A stretch of DNA of 64,000 nucleotides, from assembly GCF_036321535.1 (NCBI RefSeq), contig NC_087437.1, positions 92,940,001 to 93,004,000 on the forward strand, read 5' to 3'. Shown piece by piece: positions 53,001-64,000 of the stretch. A program made the position numbers and the translations under genes. The stretch comes from Camelus dromedarius (lineage: Eukaryota). The notes beneath the pieces were generated by a model that ran no database searches, was not told the DNA's origin, and saw only the letters and a list, made by a program, of their open reading frames with translations. Position 1 is the stretch's first letter; each line of letters opens with the position of its first letter.

Positions 53001-56000
53001 AAAGTAACGTATCTGAAAATAAGGACATTTGTAGTATAGAATTATTACACCATTCTGTTTTACTGGCTTAAATATTTTAATGTAAGATTTTTTTTTTCCC
53101 TAGAAGAGTAAATGATGAAATCAATATAGTTTAACTTTTTAGCTCTGAGTTTCAACAGTGCATGTAAACTTTTGGCCTTGGGGGATGAGAGAAAGTAAAC
53201 CTATATATAAACATAAAGTATATTCATGCATATACACTCAGATATTGCGCGTAGTTTTTTAAATTGCTTAATTTTGACAGAAAAAAAACTCTGAACATAT
53301 TGCAAAAAATTCATATATCTTTCAGTTATATGTGTATATTTCAAAATCTGATGAGATTTGACTGTAAAATGGGCATTTAATATGAGGAAACAAAGTTGTT
53401 TTTTTTTCTTCTCATTTGTAAACCAGTATAACCTTCCAACTTACTTACCACTCTTAAAGGGTCTGCAATCCTCTCGTCTGCCTATAAACTTATAGTTCTT
53501 TTACCTTTGTCTATTTCCTTTACATTCAGTGGAGGAATTTAGCTGATTCTACTTCTGTAGAAATTCCTGAATATTGTTCTTTTCATTGGTAGCTCCAGCC
53601 TGTATTGCCTTTTGTCTAAATTACTCCAGTGGCATTTCCACCACAAAAGACAGTAGTTTTCAAAGACAGCTTTGTATCAGCATCACAAAGAAATAGGGCT
53701 CTGTACTTTTAAACAGCTTCTGATGATTTGATGGGTGACAGGTTTGGAAGCATTGGCCTTATAGAATTAATATTGGGCTGGGGTCAAGTGCTTTGGGTTA
53801 TGGTTTAACTATTAGTAATTAGCTTATTGATTTTATATCCTGGTTCCTCGGTTTATTTGTTCAGTATGTTTATATTTTACATGTCACAACCAATGACTTT
53901 GTGAAGACACCTTTAAAGGATAAAAATGATCTAATGGTATAAGTCAGTATTACTTTTATCTTGAACTTGACACTGTTTTTAGCCGTTAACTCAGTCCTAA
54001 GCTCCTCAGTGTGTTGTTTTTATTTTCTTTATTAACTAAATAATTCTTTTAAACTTCCTTCTATTCGGTGTGCCAGTTTCTTATTTGAAGGTTTGTGTAA
54101 TCCTCTAGAATCAGGTTTTGCTGTTCTCTTTGGATTTGTTTTTTCCACCTCTGGTTATCTACTTTATTCCATTCCTTCCCTAGACTAGCCCATTTTCTGT
54201 ATTCTGCCTTTCCAAATCAATTTCCTTCTTCAAAATGGCTTAGAAGTTCCTTCCTTATTGAAATAACATTATGATTAAACATCGATTTTTCACATAGCCT
54301 CAGAACTTACATCTGCTGTTTTATTCTTTTCTTACTATCCTGTTCGCTATCTATTTCTATATCTGCATATATGTATGTACACATACACGTAATTTGTTTT
54401 CTCTTCATAATGAGCATTCTTGAATTTGCAAGCAAGAACGAACCTTCGAGATCATCCTTGTCCAATATTCTTATTTTAGTTAACAAAATTGAATTTTAAG
54501 GAAGTTATAGGTTGCCCAAGATCATGCATCTCTTCATGTTAGTAAAATCTAAGTCTACAGAATACCAGTTCGCTCATTCTCGTCGCAGATGAGATCTGTC
54601 CTTGCTGAAGGTGTAAGAAAACATTATTAGCAGAGATGTTTTTATTTGCAGTATTTCTCGTGACTGTGGATAGTCTTCCAGGGATACTGTTCTCCTTTTG
54701 TTTGTTTAAATTGTTAGACTCACAATTGCTGTTTGAATTAAAAACATTTGAGTATTCTGTATTTGAAAGATACTATTTTAAACATTTTATTTGCTTAACA
54801 GCTTGTTCTGGTTTAACCCTTGTTTAACAGTCCTATGAGGTACAGATACTATCATTATGCCCAGTTTTAGCTGAAGAAGTGGATGTTGACTAGGCTGTCT
54901 GATGTCATAAGTGGCTGAAACAATAATCAAGCTGAGATGTTTACCTTCTGTTTTATCCTCTGCAATATACGGACTTCACGCTGAAGTTGGGAGAACTGTG
55001 GTAATCAACTGGCTCAAACCTTATTATTTTTAAATGTGTGGAAACTTGGTGATTTGGCCACATGCTGATTAAGAGAAACAAACCATCTATTTTTAACTGT
55101 AATTACATACAGAGTGGATAAAATAAATAAATATGGTAAATAGCATCCTGAATAAATAGGTGCCCTGTTTTCAACTGTTTTAGCTTGCTTGCATTTTACA
55201 TTTACATGTATATGTGTGTATATTTAACCTAGAAAGATTTCACATTCTTTTTAGGATATACTTTTCCATGAAGCAATGCCATTACTTTTATCAAGTTCAA
55301 TTAATATCTCGGATGTGATGCTGATATCCCTTCTTTCGTCATTGGTGTATCTTCTTTGGTCATGATATAGCACAAATATTTTTCCTTTAATCCTTTAAAT
55401 TCATTGATTCATATTCTTTTTTTTTTTAATTTATAAAGTAGAATATATTCTTTTTCCCCCCAAAAGATGCAATGCATTTTTTTTAAAGATTTGATTTCAA
55501 ATATAAAGTAAGATTTGTGGACAATGCTTTCAGTAGAAAGCCCCCAGGTATAGCACTTAATATTCATATTTTTAATAATCACTGCAGGAAATGGATAACA
55601 TTTTATCTCTAGTTTTTCTGAACAATATTAAATCTGATTTTCGTGGAATAATCAGAACCCATAATTTTTAGTAACCATAACATCTGTGGTCTCTGAATCT
55701 GTGTTTTTTTTTTTTCGAAATCCAAACACTATGAGACGTCTGTCATATTTTTATTCTACAATTGAGAGCTCCATAAAAGAGCTGGAGCAACTTCCATTTT
55801 TTTATTGTGGATCATGATATTTTTCATAGATTTTACTGTGCTCTCTAGGCAATTAAAATCATAAGGCTAAAATAAACACATAATTTAAAGTTTTTTTCTT
55901 GAAATTATTTTATTTCAGTAACTCAATAAGTTGTATGGTTCAATTATATTATTTATGTGTCAAATTGATACATTTGTGGCAGTGGAGCTATATCTCCCTC

Positions 56001-59000
56001 TTTTGGAAAGCAGAGGCATGGCATTTTGATTGAGATTAAATTATTCACTACAGTTTCAGTTTTCATAACTTCCTGAGGATATAGATGCAGAAAGAATATT
56101 TTTCTTTGGAATGGTTTTCTTTTGGAATTTCCCAGCATTAATAACAAAGTTAAACTTCCATATGCACATGCACATATATATTTGTTGAGGTTTGAGAACT
56201 ACAGGCCGTTTTATGAGTTTCAACCCAGGAAAACTTTATTTTGATATTTGAAATGCTTTTATTTTTATTTAAAGAGAGTCAGTTTTACCTCTTTTGTAAT
56301 TATTAAACATGATTCATAAAATATTTTAAAAAACAGAACTCAAAACAATTAAGAAATATGGAAAGAAAATAGCAAAGTAGCTCTTCTCAAAATTAACAGC
56401 CTGGTGCTCACTACTACCATCCTCTGTTTTAGTTTTTGTCAATATTCTTCCTGATCTACTTCTAGGCAGTTACAGACCATCTTTCTCCTTGTTTCTCTGT
56501 CTCTCTCTGTACTTATATACTTTAAAAAAATCATAAAAATGTGATTATTCTATGCCTGTTGGTTCCCAGTTTCCTAATCTCAAATCTCAAAAGGCACATT
56601 GCTATTTTACTTACTTAAATAAACTCCATACTCATATGAATGGAGTGATATCTACAAGCTGGAAATGAGTATTTACTCTGGCTAAGCATTCTACCTTGGC
56701 ATAACTGACTATTATAAAAAGAAATAAAAGCTTATTAATATACTTAATGGATATCTCACAAATCTGTTTCTTTTAATAGCTAATGTAATTTTATGATAAT
56801 GTTGTACTTTCTTGAGGTATTAAAATCAGTGTTTGGCCTTCACTACCATTGCTTCGAATGGCATTTTTGTTGTCTACCGTCTTTGCTGCTTGCATCTGAC
56901 TCTTTGAAGTGCTCTGAATTTACTTGTAAATTTTTTAGTGGTGTTGAGTGTCTTGCTAGATATGGTCTTAGATTTTATTGTGTACTCCTTTGTAACTTTA
57001 TATATAGACTATGACGAGGTACTTCAGGTTTAAAGATTTTCAATTAACCGTTACCATATCCCAAGAAGACTAATTAAATGTAACATAAAAATAAAGTTTG
57101 CAAGAGTGAAAGTACGTTGTTTTGCTTTAAACATTATCATGTCTAATATCAATTTGGTAGTTTTCATTTGTTTGTTTAATTTTCGTAAATTACTTGCAGA
57201 ATGTAATTATTTAATAAGTGTTCCTAAGAGGTTGAAATCACTACTTCAGCCTATAGTATCTAAGTGAAGCTCATACAACAATAATATATGTGAATATATA
57301 TGTGTGTATATATAAATATATGTATTACTATTATGAAACATGGTTGTGAACTGGCTTTGAATTTAAGGGGAAAACTCTCAGAATAGGCTTTATTTTATAT
57401 ACAAATTAGAATTTAATGAAATAGTATAAATTAAAGAATATACAGGTAATGGCTTTTGTTTGTTGCCTTTGTAAATATGTGTCATTGATATTTGCATATT
57501 TATATTGAACAAGATTTACTCTGTCATTCTGCTAAATATTTTTAGTGTATGATGACCAATTAATTCTATTTCATTGACTTAAGAAGTCACATTTGCAAAC
57601 AGTCATGTTGAGAGGTTTGAAGTGATGATAATAATGAAATAATAATCCATTGTATCTTACACTGCTAATTACAGTGGGTGATTTTTATAAATCTCTGTTC
57701 ATGCAAATATTTTTGTCATTCTTTCAAATGAATCTGTAAGTCAGACATGAAAGTACACCTCACTCACCTCTAAATCTTAAAACATTATTTCTGGCAAATA
57801 GGTAATTTTACTTTGGGTACTTTTAATAAATATTTGTTTGATGATTAAAGCAGTTGTAAGCTAACCTGTAAATACGGTCTTTCCTTAGAGGAGCTAGAGG
57901 CTGTGTCATGAACAGTTGCTTCTCAGCTGAACATCACTCCTTCCATTTGTTTCTGAGTCATGAACTCATTTTCAAGTTAATAATTATATCAAAAGTAATA
58001 ATAACATCCGAAGAAATTAATCCTACAGGTGCTTTCTTTATCTTTTCAAAGCATTTTTGGGTCATTGTAGGCTCAGGTTTGGGCATACTGTATGTACTAT
58101 TTGTCTTCATAGTGCTGGTACGTTTTAGATGTATCTTAGGAGTTTTCTATTTCTGCCCATCTAATCTTGAAATCTGGTCCATTCTCCTCCAGGTCTTTAG
58201 GCCGCCACTTTCCAGGTTCTACCTCCAGCTTTTCCTCACATGAGCCTGTGTTTCCACTTCTTTTATCAAACTTACTTTGACTGCAGTGTCTCATAATCTA
58301 AATTTGATGTGTTCTTTTAAAATCATGTGCTACCTTAGGTCAAAGCATCTTTCTCTTATTTTTCAAGGTAAGGGTACTGCTTGAAATCTCAGTTTAGTTT
58401 CAGATTTTCCTTGGCCCCCACCTCCTGCTCCCCCTCACCCATCTTCTCTCTTTTAAGCTTTCCATCCTTTCTGTTACAGGAAGAAATGCCAGGAAGTGGT
58501 TTGGCTGACGAAAGAGCTAACATTATCTACAACTTTTAAATAAAGATTGTAAATGGAATTACTAAGAACACAGTATTGAAAAGGAAATCATCCAGTTTTA
58601 GTAATGGCAGCTAAAGTAGCCATGACAAATATTATTTTGCAAAATGATTTATGTAATACATACTATAGAAATTGTGAAATATTTTAAATGGTGGGTTAAG
58701 CTAGAGGGTTAAAATCAGAAACTTGAGTAGATTCACCGTACTCTTTTATGAGGCCTTCTTAAGTACAGTGGAAAATTTTTGATAACTAAATCATGTGAGG
58801 AGATTCATGGGGTATACTCAGGACCACAAATGAATAAATTTTGAGCTAGCCTGGTTGCCTTTAGGGATTGAAGTGAGGGGAATTTACAAAATGATTGGGA
58901 ATAATTAGGGAGATGAAACTTGAAAACAAATTGTAAATTATTACTGAAAAAGAAATACATTAAAGATTCAAAGCAGAGATTGAGACAAATTTTACTTCAA

Positions 59001-62000
59001 AATACATTTTGTCATTTGAAAAGGTGTTTATTATTATCAAGGTTTAGAAAATATATTCCCTGTAAACTCTGGTGTTAGTTTTCTTTCCTTCAATGACAAC
59101 TTTTTAAAAAATAAAAATCGATACTTTTATTATTGGAACCCTGGTCCCTGCAGCTACTTGTCTCTTGCTTTCTCAGGTCTAGCTTTTATCTCCTAAGGAT
59201 ACTGGACTGTAGCCCACAGAATGGAAGTCAAGGGTGACAGGTAGAGCAGTGACAGTGGACAGGAATAGGGCTCGGGCATCTTTATTTTAAAATGTTTCTC
59301 AGGTAGTTCTCATTGCACATCCAGGGCTGAAAAGTGCTGCCAAAGACAGATACAAAAGTCTAATATTCTTTTTACTGAATTCAGGGGGAAATCTTCCCAT
59401 TCCAGACATGTCACAGTTCAGCATATACAAATCAATTTCCACAAGTGTTTAATTCCCTCTGTTAAGGCCACAAGGGAATGTATAATACATTTTAGAAGGA
59501 TAACCATAAAACATATTCTCTTTCTCTTTCCGTTTTAGTGCTTATAGAAGTGAATCACAGGTATCTAGAAAATTAGACTGTCCTTAAATACCTGTTCTCT
59601 GATTGCTCCCTTTATGTGAATATTGATTCTAGAACTACTTTCAATGTATTAGCAAACTTTCTTTTTCTTGTATCCATGTACTGTGAGATATCTTGCACTT
59701 ATTTTAGAATCCTTTATTCTTTTGTCCTTCAGTGTGGGCATAGTAGATTTTAAATACGATTATGAAGTCTGGAGAGTTGAACACTTTTATTTTTCTTCAG
59801 GAGTATTTTAAAAATAAGAGTATTTTACTGCTTTTTTCTTCTAATTATGTAGGCATTTTTTAAGAGAGATTTTAGTATTTAGTATTTGATCTTTTAATGC
59901 TGTGCCAGAAAAAGTAAGAAAATTATGTTTTGTGACTCTTTAGGTGGGTTTTATTTTTGGTTATATTTAATAGAAGTATTTGCACTTTGGACAAGTAATA
60001 ATAATGAATTCAAATAGTAATGAACAATGATATGCCTACAGGACCTTTTTCTCATGGTAAAGTACTTAATATATAATTTTTTCATGATTTAAATATTTAC
60101 ATTTAAGCTGAATTCTTTCATTGAGTAGCACAGTTAAATGTGTGCTAAATGTCAACATTAATTTTTAACCCTCTTCGATTTAAAGTTTTTTGTTGTTGTT
60201 ATTTTTACTCTTCAGTCTTTTCATCTTTTAGTTTGTTCTATATGCCAGTAAGCCAGAAATTTCCTCGAGTTAACTCAGTGTGCCCATGATTGGAAAAAAA
60301 TCTCATGGGCATGTATATATATGAAATATATATGCATGTGAAAACAGTGAGCCATAGGTCACTGCATCTCAGCACATGGTTATTCTCTGAGCCTCATGCA
60401 GAAGTCAGATGCGTAATTCCCTGACCTGTGCTTTATCGACTGCATTGTCAGAGAAGATTTCCTCTTTCTCCAGAGGGCTTACCACACTTGGAGATCAAAG
60501 TTCATTTGCTGTTCTGTGCCTTTGCTACCTACATAAGATGGGAGTATCTATGTTTAATAATTTAAATACACCTCCACTAGAAAGGTTGAAAGTAAACAGC
60601 TCTGTCGTGAGACCTCTGTTGTTTACCGCTACTTCTGCCCATCATCACTGTCTGTCAGCTGACAAGACAGCGTCCAAATGCTTATCTCGAGTTTCATATC
60701 TCATATGTAGTCATTATTTGACATCATACTCTCTGTTTAATCACTTTCTCATTTGGTGGGTGTACTACTTATTTCCTTACCAGTATTCATCCATGCTTAA
60801 TTTGTAGTTCTCCTTCCCCTAATACCACCTGCACCTGGTAAAATACATGTCTTTTGTGAAAGTAAAGAGAGATGGAGTACAGTGTACTCTGTATTATGAG
60901 ACCTTAATTTATAAAGAATATTTAAATGTTACTGTGAATTATTTTCATTATTAACTGTTTCCTTGTTTAATAGTCATTAATTATATTCTGGGAGTTAGTC
61001 TCAATGTATAATATGTATACAATTATATGTTTTCTCAAAAGATATTATGATTTTTAGAATTACATATTCTGTATCTAGTCTCTGGATTTCTCTAGATTTC
61101 TTCTAAAGGGTAAATTATTCACCATCCCCATCCCTGCCCCCAACACTTTATTATTTTACTTCATTGCAGTAGCACTTAGAGTGACTGGTTAATGGAATCA
61201 AATTTTTTCCTTCAAATCATTCAATTTGTCATCATGCACTTTTGTAATTATACTTAATAAAATATTTTAAAGAGAGTTTTAACTCCTCTGCAATAGTACC
61301 TCCCCCATTCTAGCACTTTGAAAAATACTTCTTATATCTTTTTACTGGCATTATACCAGATTATAATTCTGTTTACTTAATAGAATTCTAGCCTTCACTG
61401 CACATGGGTGAGTCTCTTTGAAGCACACTTTTTCGGTAATGAAAACTCACTGATTTTTTTCCCTTTTCACAGCTTTTTTCTTTTATTACTTTATTGATCT
61501 TTCAATATCTTGGAAGTTTAAATCCTATATTTTTATATCATGTGTAATTCATTTGTTTTCTAGGTTAAGACATCTAATCAATCTTTACCCAATTACAACG
61601 TTTCAACATTGTTCTTACTCTTTTCGCTTAGGAGTGGTTACTCTCACTTGCTCAGGGATATCGTTTTCAATGCCTGCTTCCTAAATCTCACATAATCCCT
61701 TTGGATTTTGTCTTTCTGTAGTGACCTCACTTTATAAGTTTTTTTGTTCAGGTGATGTACTTGAAATGAAGCAAACACTTTATCAGTTCTACTTAGTTGT
61801 TTCTTTATTTCTTTAAAGATTTGCCTCAGTCAAAAGACAGAAACGGAAAAAAAACAGTATAGTCGTAATACTTCTTAACTAGACTAGAAGATTGGGGAAC
61901 TGGGATAGAAACCTTTGGGAGTAATACTCCTTTTTATAGGTACAGGAGCATCTGTCCCTCTAAATCATTCTAAATAAGGACCTGCTTTTAGAAGAAGCAA

Positions 62001-63684
62001 ACTGATCTTCGTTTATTTCTTTTTGACAATATTTTGCAATTTCTTCTCTCCCGTGTGTAAGCATGACAGAAGTGAATGTTTACATCTCTGTAATTCTACA
62101 ATTGATGTTAATCAGGAGCATAATGCTATGAGGATTGTATCTCAAAAACAGTCTCTTTTTATTCTGTACATTGATATCCTTTATGCCAACATTTGGTATA
62201 ATTTGATCTGATACTCGTTTTTGTCATATAACAAATTTAGCTTTTGTAGCTAGTGTGCTTAATCTTTTCTTTTAAGGAAAGTTTTTTTTTAAATTTAATT
62301 TTTTTATTAGTGACTTCATTTTGTTGGCAAAATCCCTTAACTATTCCTATTCAAGCTATTATAGGATTCAGCCTTGAAAATCTTCTTCCTTATTAAAGAA
62401 AAAAAAACTGAATTCTGATGGTATGTTTTAAAGCAAGACATTTCATACAAAGCAAAAATAATGGGAACCAGAGAAAATTCATCAATAGATTATTGCTTTC
62501 GAAGCTTAACTGATTTTTAGGTTTTCTTAGTCAAGCTACTATCAAGGATTTTGCCTTTTTCTTTTCCTTTCCTTTCCTTGTTCAGAATTGCATTACATGA
62601 GTTTAAAAGTCTTAATCTAGTCATTCAATCTCTTTCTACCTCCTTCAATCCCTGAATATTGTAGATGTAAAAGGAATTACAAGGATGTAACCATTTTTTA
62701 TGATGATTTTATATGGCTTGTATACGTTTGTTTGATTAATTAAAAATTATGAAGTAAATTATGAAACAAAGATGGAGATCTCTAAAATGTATGAACTTTA
62801 ATATTCAGACAAAATTAAAAGAAAATTAAAAAAAATCAATTAACAAAGGCTGTGTTCATTTGGTACACGTAGCAGGCTCAATAGCTAAACAACGCTAATG
62901 CCAATGATAACTCATATATGACCCTAATTGCTACAATTTTACCAGTCAATTATATGTAGTTTTATGAAAGTTTATCCACAGATTGGTCATTTATATATCA
63001 GGAACTTATTATTATTAGAAAATTGCCTTGATACTTTTATTAGTGTCTCAGTTTTCTTTTCTCATTAATTGAAATATAAACTCAAATTCACCATGAAATA
63101 CATACCTTTTAATATCAGATAGTGTTTCTGATGTTCCTAATTAAAAAATGCAGAATGAAATTTCTTCAATAAGCATTATTATTGTTATTGTCAACTGATT
63201 ATATTAATAGTCTCATTTCTGTTTAATGAAACAAGTATATTATTGGGTAGCAAAAATAGCTCTTTAGCTTTTCCTTATGGTAAATTTAGTGCTTTTATTT
63301 GTGTCAAGTAAAGACTGACTTTTTGTTGTTGTTGTTTAATCCCTGAAAATAATTACATGGGAGTAGGCTAGCAATAAAAACTGCGTATTACAAATTCACT
63401 TTTTTTGAAGGCTCTTCTATCAACTCTAAAGCTCAGCAATGTTTATTCTAAAGGAGTTTACTTTTCCTGGGACTTGTTGAGGACTTAATTTTGTTTAGTG
63501 AAGGTCACTGAAATGTTTGTCTACTTTCTGGGAGTAGGGAGTTAATAAGAGATACAATGTGTTATTTAAACTACTCATTAACATAACTTTAACTCTTAAT
63601 GCTATTGACAAAATTTAACTAAATTTAAGTATATTCCATTTTATTCTTAGAAAAGTGATTGCCTCTAATTTTTTTTTTAATTGC

Positions 63685-64000
63685 AGTATAGTTTCCTATG
63701 GCTGTGGCAGAGATTTGGTATGTTTAAACAACAAATATTTTCTCTACCAGTTTCAGAAACCAGAAGTTAAATATCAGTATCACTGGACTGAAATCAAAGT
63801 GTTGGTAGGGACATACGCCCTCTGGAGGCTTAGGGGAGAATCTTTTCCTTTCTACTTCCAGCTTCTTGTGGCTGCTGGCATTCCTTGGCTAGTGTCTGCA
63901 TCACTCCTGTCTCTGCCTCCTTGGTCATACTGCTTTTTTTAGATTTTCTGTCTCTGTTAAAATATCCCTCTGCCTTCCTTTTATAAGGATATATGTGATT
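63685..64000 (-). mobile_element. MLT1C-like MaLR LTR (runs off the window end)
   Basis: aaatcaaagtgttggtaggg...ctctggaggcttaggggagaatc...cttccagcttcttgtggctgctggcattccttggct. Confidence 0.85.

Larger units (their letters stand above)
35615..64000 (+). other. GBE1: GBE1 intron 3 (5' part, more than 28 kb; continues beyond the window)
   Basis: Starts gtactt. No sequence encoding the expected next exon (recalled as VVI.SKSGEILYRISPWAKYV...) was found by eye. Confidence 0.75.

Noticed and set aside
60281..60338. Overlapping short hairpins (TGCCCATGA/TCATGGGCA and a TA-rich stem) as a miRNA or structured RNA
   Set aside because: Stems are only 9-11 bp and partly low-complexity, too short for a pre-miRNA.
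60875..60889. Palindrome GAGTACAGTGTACTC as a steroid response element
   Set aside because: The AGTACA half-sites are spaced by 1 nt rather than the required 3.
1..64000. A novel multi-gene system, CRISPR array, prokaryotic insert or nested protein-coding gene
   Set aside because: Composition is uniformly mammalian intron. I saw no regularly spaced repeat-spacer array, no long ORF and no segment with foreign coding character.

Overview
AT-rich, CpG-depleted mammalian genomic DNA lying entirely inside one gene on the + strand: GBE1 (1,4-alpha-glucan/glycogen branching enzyme). Only two coding exons are present: 6604-6773 (170 bp, exon 2 by human numbering) and 35499-35614 (116 bp, exon 3). 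They splice in frame across a 28,725-bp intron and encode part of the N-terminal/CBM48 region. The rest is intron: the end of intron 1, all of intron 2 and more than 28 kb of intron 3, with no exon 4 seen. The introns carry typical eutherian repeats (L1, L2, MIR, MLT1/LTR33 LTRs, hAT-Charlie and Tigger MITEs), an ERV1-type solo LTR and a tRNA-Ala-derived SINE of the Vic-1 type, which points to a camelid host (camel, alpaca or llama). I found no evidence of a novel gene system. The observations most worth following up are intronic: several CpG- and motif-rich candidate enhancers, a candidate poison exon, candidate recursive splice sites, a candidate microexon and a perfect 64-bp tandem duplication. 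The regulatory and splicing candidates are hypotheses. Repeat family names and comparisons with human come from memory, not from a database search, and many repeat boundaries are approximate.
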